DNA of 64,000 bases from Candidatus Omnitrophota bacterium (GTDB taxonomy: Bacteria > Omnitrophota > Gorgyraeia > 2-01-FULL-45-10): the NCBI GenBank assembly GCA_041650935.1, contig JBAZKH010000007.1, positions 41,471 to 105,470 on the forward strand, written 5' to 3'. Made by a program: the position numbers and the translations under genes. Shown here one piece after another: positions 1 to 6,977 of the stretch. The notes under the pieces are model-generated. The model ran no database searches and had not been told where the DNA came from. It saw only the letters and a program-made list of their open reading frames with translations. Numbering within the stretch: the first letter of the stretch is position 1; every line of letters begins with the position of its first letter.

Positions 1-1
1 G

Positions 2-874
2 CTTCGGCTCAGCAAGGACTTGATGTCGGAATTTCCTGACATGAAGGGTTTTTCCAAGCGGAATCTTGAGCTTATCAGGCAATGGCACTTGTTTTACAGC
101 CAAATTGCGAAACAAGCTGTTTCGCAATTGCCGCTTGAACAAATTACCCAAATTCCGTGGGGTCACAATATCGCCATAATTGCCAAATGTAAAGATATTA
201 AGGAAGCTCTCTATTATGTTCAGAATACTATTACGCACAACTGGAGCAGAAATGTGCTTGTTCATCAGATAGAGAGTGCTTTGTATAGGCGTGAAGGTAG
301 GGCGGTCACTAATTTTCCATTAACGCTTCCTAAACCGCAATCCGATCTTGCCCGGCAGACTTTAAAGGATCCGTATGTTTTCGATTTTCTAAGCATGTCC
401 GATGATTATAATGAGCGCGATCTTGAGAAGGGGCTTACCGTTCATCTGACAAATTTTCTTCTAGAGTTAGGCGCCGGCTTTTCGTTTATCGGCAGGCAGG
501 TTTCTGTTCAGGTCGGAACCAAGGAATTTTTTATAGATCTGCTCTTTTATCATACCCGTTTGCATTGCTATATAGTGGTTGAGTTGAAAACAGGCGATTT
601 TGAGCCGGCCTACGCGGGTCAGCTTAATTTTTATATTAAAGCGGTGGATAGTCAACTACGCAAAAATGACGACCATCCGACTATTGGTCTTCTTCTTTGC
701 AAAAGTCGCGAAAAATTAGTCGCCGAATACGCCTTAAGCGATATCCATAAACCTATCGGCGTCTCCGAATATAAATTAACTCACTCGTTGCCAAAGAAAC
801 TGAAATCGAGCCTTCCAACGATTAAGGAGATCGAGAAAGAACTAAGTAAGGGCATCGGTAAAGCAAAGAAATAA
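2..874 (+). CDS. PDDEXK nuclease, YhcG/DUF1016 family (5' end runs off the window)
   Basis: Reading frame is open to the window edge. Motifs GFSKRNLELIRQWHLFY and FIDLLFYH...YIVVELKTG (D-x-ExK core) match DUF1016. Confidence 0.6.
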   Translation, partial: LRLSKDLMSEFPDMKGFSKRNLELIRQWHLFYSQIAKQAVSQLPLEQITQIPWGHNIAIIAKCKDIKEALYYVQNTITHNWSRNVLVHQIESALYRREGRAVTNFPLTLPKPQSDLARQTLKDPYVFDFLSMSDDYNERDLEKGLTVHLTNFLLELGAGFSFIGRQVSVQVGTKEFFIDLLFYHTRLHCYIVVELKTGDFEPAYAGQLNFYIKAVDSQLRKNDDHPTIGLLLCKSREKLVAEYALSDIHKPIGVSEYKLTHSLPKKLKSSLPTIKEIEKELSKGIGKAKK

Positions 875-907
875 AAACCATATAGTATTTAAAAGCGGAA
901 AGAAAAG

Positions 908-2122
908 ATGGCTGAAGATGTGGTTTTGACAGAGAAAGACGAGGCGAAGCTGGCGGAAAATGCCGCGAGATTAGCCGAAGAATGGTATAGGGGCGACTTT
1001 GAAGTAAATCATTATGATTATCGCGTATGCACCACTTCCGATGGTTTAGTCCAACTATGTAAAGAAGATCATAAAGTCAAGGTTACTCCTTCAGAAATTG
1101 AGGATATGTGCAAGCTGGACTTATTGGAGTATATTCTGGATGAGAAGGACGAAAAGAAGATGCTCCCGCAATTTATAGCTGATAGGGTGGTATTCATAAA
1201 GAAATTACAGACAAAATTTAATTATTCAACTCCGAGACTACAGCAGATTATAGCATATGAGAATGAATTACTGCCCTATTCAAACGAGGCATGCGGTTTC
1301 TATTACACAGACAGGCAGAATATGTATCCATGGGTGGTTAAAAGGGTAAGATTGGCCGCGGAAGGAATCGTAGATTATTTGCGAGATTTGAATGTGCTTA
1401 CCGAAAGATACGATAATGATGCGAAAATGCAGAAACGCAAGTTATTTACGGATAAGATGATTAAAATATTTGAAGAAGATTTAGCTTATCGTAAAAAGTT
1501 CCTCGCCCATCTATCAAAAAGAGGATGGGCCGATTTATCGGAAGACGAGAAGCGAGCGGTGAAAATATCTGCTTTTGAAACGCAATCTTCCGATGAGATC
1601 GAACGAAAATTATCCGTAAGGCATTATTATGACAAGATGCTGGGTGGATATAGCCCACAGGTAGAGTTCAAGGATCAGGAGATGAGTGTCGGAAAATTAG
1701 AGTTTGGGATGATCGACTGGGCCGAAACGATGGAGTCGGTTCAGGAATATAATAAGTTCATAGACTTTTTCAGGACGCCGTACTTCTCAATCGAAATTAA
1801 TGGGCCAGAAATACCTATCAAGATAACCGATCCCCAACAGGTTAGCGCCCCGTTAATGCGTACAATAGAGAAAATTTATACGATAATGAAGGGCCGGCTG
1901 GGGCGTAAAAGAAAGAGTTGGGGAGAAAATTCCGGAAGAAGGCTATTGATACGTAAACGCGATGAGGAGATGAAGAAGCTTTACGCAAATTGGCGCAAAG
2001 CAACTCCTAATGTGGGAAGCAACATACTGATCGACCGGTTGTGCGAGTATACTAAAAAAGTAGGCACTCCAGTTTCATCCATAGAAAGGATTAAGAGAAT
2101 CATTTATACGAAGAAGAAATAA
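908..2122 (+). CDS. hypothetical protein (404 aa), probable cargo of the mobile element
   Basis: Long ORF with a GGAAAG ribosome-binding site and a hairpin plus T7 terminator downstream. No domain recognised by eye. Confidence 0.5.
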   Translation: MAEDVVLTEKDEAKLAENAARLAEEWYRGDFEVNHYDYRVCTTSDGLVQLCKEDHKVKVTPSEIEDMCKLDLLEYILDEKDEKKMLPQFIADRVVFIKKLQTKFNYSTPRLQQIIAYENELLPYSNEACGFYYTDRQNMYPWVVKRVRLAAEGIVDYLRDLNVLTERYDNDAKMQKRKLFTDKMIKIFEEDLAYRKKFLAHLSKRGWADLSEDEKRAVKISAFETQSSDEIERKLSVRHYYDKMLGGYSPQVEFKDQEMSVGKLEFGMIDWAETMESVQEYNKFIDFFRTPYFSIEINGPEIPIKITDPQQVSAPLMRTIEKIYTIMKGRLGRKRKSWGENSGRRLLIRKRDEEMKKLYANWRKATPNVGSNILIDRLCEYTKKVGTPVSSIERIKRIIYTKKK

Positions 2123-2212
2123 GCCGTAAACGCCTGCATCTATTCTCGACATATGCGAATTCAGATGCTGTAGTTCGCGGCCTATTAAATTAGGGCGTTT
2201 TAAGATATATTT

Positions 2213-2247
2213 CCCTGTAGGAACGAAAAACCTACAGGGATTTTTTT
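2213..2247 (+). terminator. intrinsic terminator (CCCTGTAGG / CCTACAGGG stem followed by T7)
   Basis: Perfect 9-bp stem with a 9-nt loop and a T7 run. The run ends 1 nt before the ATG of the next gene. Confidence 0.5.
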
Positions 2248-2586
2248 ATGACAAAAGGCGAGATAAAGATGAGACGGGTAAAAGTGGATGAAGTGGTATT
2301 CTATCCTATACGGCCCACCGAAAAGGGGCTGATCGGGTTTGCCTCGTGCTTATTCGACGGCCGTCTTTCCTTAAATAGCATCGCCATCTACACGCGTCCT
2401 GACGGAAAGGGCTACAGGCTTCTCTTCCCTCTAAAGCGGCTTCCGAATAGTAGAGATGTAAACATCTTTTACCCTGTTAACAATGAAACTTATGAACTCA
2501 TAAAAGAGGCGGTTGTGAAAAAGATAGAAGAACTAGCAGAAAAAGTGAAAGAAAGAGGCGGATATGAAGAATACGGAACATTATGA
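2248..2586 (+). CDS. SpoVG-like nucleic-acid-binding protein
   Basis: N-terminus MTKGEIKMRRV aligns with SpoVG MEVTDVRLRRV. The conserved pattern G.i.fAS..D..f.v..I.i...G..fp.kR.P.....i..P.N...r..I..AV is retained. Confidence 0.55.
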   Translation: MTKGEIKMRRVKVDEVVFYPIRPTEKGLIGFASCLFDGRLSLNSIAIYTRPDGKGYRLLFPLKRLPNSRDVNIFYPVNNETYELIKEAVVKKIEELAEKVKERGGYEEYGTL

Positions 2587-2634
2587 TTTTAGAAGCGTTA
2601 TCGATGATGTAAGGACAGCGAAGGGAGCGGATGA

Positions 2635-4272
2635 ATGATGGTCGCCACCCTCTTGCCACAACACCTTGAAGACTTCAGGAAATCCGGCATAACGGATGCG
2701 TCGGTTGCAAAATATGATATTTCGTCCGTAAGTCAAGGTGAGGCATCCGAGGCGCTTGGATTTAGGCCGCTGAGCGGTGGGTGGGCCCTCCGATATCCGG
2801 GCTCGGAATTCTTTAAGTTTAAGCCGGATACGCCGTTTAATAAAGAGACGAAGTATCTATCACCAAAAGATACGACGCAGGAGCTATTCGTAACGCATCT
2901 TGCGTCCGGCGCTCACGATGATACATCGGAGCCATATTATTTCTGCGAGGGTGAGAAGAAGTGCCTCGCGTTGGAGCAGGCCGGATACGCGGCCATAGGC
3001 GTATCGGGCGTATGGAATTGGAAATCAAGAGGCCATATCAATGAGTACTTGAGCCAGATCAATCTGATGGGCCGAGAGTGCTACATAATCTTTGATAGCG
3101 ACAAATGTTTTAACGGTCATGTGAAAACTGCGGAAAAGAGATTTGCCGAGGCGCTTACTTCTCTTGGTGCGAAGGTGAAGATTGTTAATCTTGATCCTGA
3201 ATTCGGCAAAGGAGCCGATGATCAGCTATTGCGTCTCGGAATAGCTGATTTTCGATACTATATCGATGAGGCACAAGATTACGGCCCGGGCCTTAAATAT
3301 GAGATTCCGCAATTACCTCCCGTTTCACTGCCTCAATTTTTAGCCAAAGACATACCGCCGGTAGAATATTATGTCCGCGGCCTACTTTCAAAACAGGGTA
3401 AGACCATGATCTCTGCTCAGGCGAACATCGGTAAATCCCTATTTGTTCAAAATCTCTCAATTGCCATAGCTTTGGGCAAGGCAAAGGCATTAGATAAATT
3501 CGATGTTACGCACGCGAAGGTCCTGTATTTGGATCTTGAGATGGGCGAGTCTGCGCTGATGCAGCGTTACCAAATTTTATGTAAAGACGAACCGACAAAG
3601 GCACCGGACCTATTCGTCAAATATATCCCAGCTCCTGATTTTCTTGATAGGGAGTTTCAAGCTACTCTGGAGAATTGGCTGACCACACGCAGTATCAACG
3701 TGCTTATCATCGATCCGCTCGGCAATGCTTGGTCAGGTGATGAGAACGATAAGCAAGAAGTCGGACAGCTGACAGCATATCTCAATACGCTGATCGCTAA
3801 GCATCAGATATCGATTCTGGCAGTGCATCACTGGCGCAAGGCCTCGAAGGATTTTAAGGCAGGCGGTGAGATGGCCGCCGGTAGCTACAAATGGGCCGCA
3901 TGGCTTGATTATCATGTGACGCTGGCCGGTGCGCCGGATAGCATAACCATAACCTGCGAAAAAAGCCGGCATGGTATGAGATTTAAGCCATTTCTGGCGA
4001 AAATCAATACCAATACTCTGCAATTCGAATATCTTACCGATTTTGAGAAGAAATTCACCCAAGACACACTGGCTCAGCTATTCGATGACTTCAGAGCCGA
4101 CCGAGTGTCCATTCCCGGCCTGATAAACCACGCCAAGGAAAAGAAATCCGGCTCTGAAAAAACCATAAGGAAACTTATAGCCGAAAGCGCCGCATTCGAG
4201 ATCGACAAGACGGGCAAAACTCATTATTTAGTCAAAAAACAGGGGTTATTCGATGAAACAGACCTCACTTAA
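2635..4272 (+). CDS. primase-helicase of a mobile element (N-terminal TOPRIM/DUF3854-like, C-terminal RepA-like AAA_25 P-loop)
   Basis: YYFCEGEKKCLALEQAGYAAIGVSG and IIFDSD (TOPRIM). AQANIGKS (Walker A) and VLIIDPLGN (Walker B). Confidence 0.7.
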   Translation: MMVATLLPQHLEDFRKSGITDASVAKYDISSVSQGEASEALGFRPLSGGWALRYPGSEFFKFKPDTPFNKETKYLSPKDTTQELFVTHLASGAHDDTSEPYYFCEGEKKCLALEQAGYAAIGVSGVWNWKSRGHINEYLSQINLMGRECYIIFDSDKCFNGHVKTAEKRFAEALTSLGAKVKIVNLDPEFGKGADDQLLRLGIADFRYYIDEAQDYGPGLKYEIPQLPPVSLPQFLAKDIPPVEYYVRGLLSKQGKTMISAQANIGKSLFVQNLSIAIALGKAKALDKFDVTHAKVLYLDLEMGESALMQRYQILCKDEPTKAPDLFVKYIPAPDFLDREFQATLENWLTTRSINVLIIDPLGNAWSGDENDKQEVGQLTAYLNTLIAKHQISILAVHHWRKASKDFKAGGEMAAGSYKWAAWLDYHVTLAGAPDSITITCEKSRHGMRFKPFLAKINTNTLQFEYLTDFEKKFTQDTLAQLFDDFRADRVSIPGLINHAKEKKSGSEKTIRKLIAESAAFEIDKTGKTHYLVKKQGLFDETDLT

Positions 4273-4384
4273 TCATGGCATCGTGGTAATCGCCCTTATT
4301 GGCACAATGTTGTATTCGGGATTGCCGATGTTGGCAATCGTAGTAAAAGGGGTATTGGTATGATTTCCCATGTAAAACGTATTT

Positions 4385-4424
4385 GTGCAAGAATAACGCA
4401 CCATAAAGTGCGGTATTCTTGCAC
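4385..4424. promoter_or_regulatory. 17-bp near-perfect inverted repeat (GTGCAAGAATAACGCAC n6 GTGCGGTATTCTTGCAC), candidate operator/ori element
   Basis: 16 of 17 positions are complementary. It lies in the primase-xis spacer together with CGTGGTAAT direct repeats and ATCGTGGT/ACCACGAT inverted repeats. Confidence 0.35.
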
Positions 4425-4505
4425 CGATACTGTCGATCGTGGCATTGTGGTAATGGTATATAAGACGGGGACGATTGTTTACCACGATTTTGGCGAGGGC
4501 CAGCC

Positions 4506-4685
4506 ATGACAAAATTGCTCTCGCCTCAAGAATTGTCAGACGTTTTAAGTATAAGCATCGAGACCGTCTATGCGTGGACGTCTCAGAAGAGGATCCCATA
4601 CATCAAGATGGGCAGGCTTGTCCGGTTCAATGCGGATGAGGTGAATAAGTGGCTCGAAAGGCAGAGGGTGGAGGCACAGGAATGA
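4506..4685 (+). CDS. AlpA/Xis-family helix-turn-helix protein (59 aa; below the ORF-track size cutoff)
   Basis: ATG..TGA ORF translating to MTKLLSPQELSDVLSISIETVYAWTSQKRIPYIKMGRLVRFNADEVNKWLERQRVEAQE (AlpA/excisionase HTH pattern). It lies immediately upstream of the integrase. Confidence 0.6.
   Translation: MTKLLSPQELSDVLSISIETVYAWTSQKRIPYIKMGRLVRFNADEVNKWLERQRVEAQE
4641..4671 (+). repeat. 31-bp direct repeat copy 1 (3' end of the xis-like gene)
   Basis: GTGAATAAGTGGCTCGAAAGGCAGAGGGTGG. It is 30/31 identical to 4976-5006. Confidence 0.7.
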
Positions 4686-4692
4686 GATTGCT

Positions 4693-4965
4693 TTGGCCGC
4701 TTCGCGGCCTCGCAATGACGGGGAAAAATGGGACAGTCCCAATCAGCAGATTTGTTCTGCGATACTGAGGTTTCTGGCGATACTGATGTTTTGCAAACAA
4801 AAGGGGGTGGGTATGAAGAAGGGGTGGAATAAGGCATTTAAAAGAATACTGGCTCAAGCCGACCAGGAGCTTAAAGAGTTTGAGCGGAGCTGGGATGCCA
4901 CGCTTCAAAGGCTGGCGGACGAGTGGAATAAGGTAGCCGATGCAAGAGATAAAGAAGGGCGTTGA
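4693..4965 (+). CDS. hypothetical small protein (possibly a diverged xis paralog; start uncertain)
   Basis: The ORF C-terminus RLADEWNKVADARDKEGR parallels xis ADEVNKWLERQR. Weak. Confidence 0.25.
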   Translation: MAASRPRNDGEKWDSPNQQICSAILRFLAILMFCKQKGVGMKKGWNKAFKRILAQADQELKEFERSWDATLQRLADEWNKVADARDKEGR

Positions 4966-4975
4966 TAGTTAAATC

Positions 4976-5006
4976 GTGAATAAGTGGCTCGAAAGACAGA
5001 GGGTGG
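4976..5006 (+). repeat. 31-bp direct repeat copy 2
   Basis: GTGAATAAGTGGCTCGAAAGACAGAGGGTGG. It would encode VNKWLERQRV if read in frame (a xis 3' remnant). Confidence 0.7.
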
Positions 5007-5024
5007 CGCCGGGCGATTAACTAC

Positions 5025-5054
5025 TTGCCAACCCTCACAAAATATGGCTATATA
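5025..5054 (+). promoter_or_regulatory. sigma70-like promoter for int (TTGCCA n18 TATATA)
   Basis: The -10 box ends 8 nt before the ATG, implying a leaderless or very short leader. Confidence 0.35.
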
Positions 5055-5062
5055 CCAACACT

Positions 5063-6133
5063 ATGATATATAAACGGGGCAAAATCTGGTACATAGGGTT
5101 TTCCGTTAACGGACGCTTGATACGAGAAGCGGTCGGAGAGTCGCGGAAATTCGCCGAGCTCGTCCTTGGCAAGAAACGGGCCGAGGTAAGAGAGGGGCGT
5201 TTCCTTGATGTCAAGAAACACGCGAAGATCAGGTTTGAAGATTTTGCGGATGAGTACTTAGAGACGCACTCTAAGCTCAAAAAATCATATTATACAGACT
5301 GTAAAATCGCGGGGCTTCTTAAAAAGTTTTTCGGCGGGAAGTGTCTGCATGAAATAACCTCATTAGATATCGAAAAGTTTAAGACAAGCCGTATCAAAGA
5401 AGTCAAACCTGCAACGGTAAATAGGGCCTTAGCGGTCCTGAAATCGATGTTCAATAAAGCTATTGCATGGGGCAAGGCCGATAGCAATCCCTTTAAGGCA
5501 GTTAAATTGTTTAAAGAAAACAATCAAAGACTACGCTTCCTTGAGCGAGAGGACATTCCCAAGCTACTAGCCAATTGCTGTTTGCATCTTAAACCGATAG
5601 TGATATTAGCCCTAAATACCGGCATGAGAAAGGGAGAGATCCTGGGCCTCAAATGGCATAATATAGACTTCAAAAGAGATACGATCCATTTGCATGATAC
5701 TAAAAGCGGAGAGGGCAGAGATGTGCCTCTTAACGCTGCGGCCAAGAAGGCTTTGATAGCGGTTCCGAAGCATCCAGGCTCACCATATATATTTAATGAT
5801 AACAATGGTAATAATTACGGGGATATAAAGAAATCTTTCTTGACCGCCGTGAAAAAATCGGATATAATTGACTTTCACTTTCACGATCTTAGGCACACAT
5901 TCGCGTCACAGCTTGTTATGGCCGGAGTGGATTTGAATACTGTCAGGGAGTTGTTAGGTCATAAGAGCATCGAAATGACATTGAGATATTCTCATCTGTC
6001 CCCGGATCATAAAAAGCGGGCGGTCGATGTGTTAGGCGGGCGAATTAGCACAAATATAGCACAAACGCCCGCGGTTGACGACACGGAAAAATTGGCAGTG
6101 TCGCAACTCATTGAAAATACGGTAGTTACGTAG
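5063..6133 (+). CDS. int: tyrosine recombinase / phage-type integrase
   Basis: N-terminal SAM-like domain. C-terminal HDLRHTFAS...LLGHKSIEMTLRYSHL catalytic motifs (R..HxxR..Y). Confidence 0.85.
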   Translation: MIYKRGKIWYIGFSVNGRLIREAVGESRKFAELVLGKKRAEVREGRFLDVKKHAKIRFEDFADEYLETHSKLKKSYYTDCKIAGLLKKFFGGKCLHEITSLDIEKFKTSRIKEVKPATVNRALAVLKSMFNKAIAWGKADSNPFKAVKLFKENNQRLRFLEREDIPKLLANCCLHLKPIVILALNTGMRKGEILGLKWHNIDFKRDTIHLHDTKSGEGRDVPLNAAAKKALIAVPKHPGSPYIFNDNNGNNYGDIKKSFLTAVKKSDIIDFHFHDLRHTFASQLVMAGVDLNTVRELLGHKSIEMTLRYSHLSPDHKKRAVDVLGGRISTNIAQTPAVDDTEKLAVSQLIENTVVT

Positions 6134-6136
6134 TTT

Positions 6137-6212
6137 GCCCGCATAGCTCAATTGGCAGAGCAGGACACTCTTAATGTCAAGGTTCCAAGTTCGATTCTTG
6201 GTGCGGGCACCA
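6137..6212 (+). tRNA. tRNA-Lys (anticodon CTT)
   Basis: Cloverleaf folded by hand: acceptor GCCCGCA/TGCGGGC, D stem GCTC/GAGC, anticodon loop CTCTTAA, T stem CCAAG/CTTGG, encoded CCA. Confidence 0.85.
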
Positions 6213-6248
6213 TGTCAGTTAGACTGTAATGACAAATGTCAAAATCTA

Positions 6249-6290
6249 AATGACAAATCAATCTTTAAATGACCAATATTTAAAGATTTG
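6249..6290 (+). repeat. hairpin element family A/B, copy A (CAAATC stem, 25-nt loop, GATTTG)
   Basis: 36/42 identical to 38256-38297. It is preceded by two more AATGACAAAT copies at 6228-6258. Confidence 0.6.
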
Positions 6291-6310
6291 TTATTGTGAT
6301 TTTACAAAAT

Positions 6311-6385
6311 GCGGCGGTAATTCAGTGGTAGAATGCGACCTTGCCAAGGTCGATGTCGTGGGTTCGAAACCCATCCGCCGCTCCA
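6311..6385 (+). tRNA. tRNA-Gly (anticodon GCC)
   Basis: Acceptor GCGGCGG/CCGCCGC, anticodon stem CGACC/GGTCG, loop TTGCCAA, T loop TTCGAAA, encoded CCA. Confidence 0.85.
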
Positions 6386-6419
6386 TTCTACGCTAGAGAA
6401 AACAGGAGGCGCTACCCAT

Positions 6420-6884
6420 ATGAAGATTATGGAATTCTTGAGTAAAAAAGCTATCACCGCCAGTCTTAAGGCTTCGGACAAGGAAGGCGTTATCAGGGAG
6501 ATGGTTGACCTTCTTGCTAAAGCCGACGAGATCAAGAACAAGGAAGATCTGGTCAAAGCCCTTCTGGTAAGGGAGTCGCTGGGCTCGACCGGAATAGGCC
6601 AGGGCATCGGCATACCTCATGCGAAGTCACCCAATGCGAAGAATCTTGTGGCCGCGTTCGGTTTGTCCCAAAAAGGAGTAAACTTCGATTCTCTCGACGG
6701 GGAATCGGTTTATATATTTTTCTTATTGATAGCTCCCGAAGAGTCCGCAGGCCCCCACCTGAAAGCGCTTGCCAGGATATCCCGCATGCTGAAGGATAAA
6801 TATTTTAGAGAGATGCTGAAAAAGGCCAAAGACGAAAAAGAGATACTTCGCATAATTCAAGAAGAAGATTCGAAGAAGTACTAG
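6420..6884 (+). CDS. ptsN: PTS EIIA-Ntr (nitrogen regulatory IIA protein)
   Basis: GIGQGIGIPHAKS phosphorylation-site motif. AGGAGG ribosome-binding site. The ORF-track start at 6333 overlaps tRNA-Gly and is rejected. Confidence 0.75.
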   Translation: MKIMEFLSKKAITASLKASDKEGVIREMVDLLAKADEIKNKEDLVKALLVRESLGSTGIGQGIGIPHAKSPNAKNLVAAFGLSQKGVNFDSLDGESVYIFFLLIAPEESAGPHLKALARISRMLKDKYFREMLKKAKDEKEILRIIQEEDSKKY

Positions 6885-6977
6885 CCCGGCACCTTCTTAA
6901 AATAGGGATTTATTAGAATGTGCTCGATGGTTAGGATGTAATATTTGAACATATACATAATTAAGGAAGGTGCCGGG
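6885..6977 (+). promoter_or_regulatory. 12-bp perfect inverted repeat (CCCGGCACCTTC ... GAAGGTGCCGGG) bracketing the ptsN-yvcK spacer
   Basis: The 3' arm contains the AGGAAGG ribosome-binding site and the GTG start of the next gene. Pairing would sequester them. Confidence 0.3.

Noticed and set aside
6333-6419. ORF-track start of ptsN at 6333
   Set aside because: It would read through tRNA-Gly (6311-6385). A proper AGGAGG-ATG start exists at 6420.
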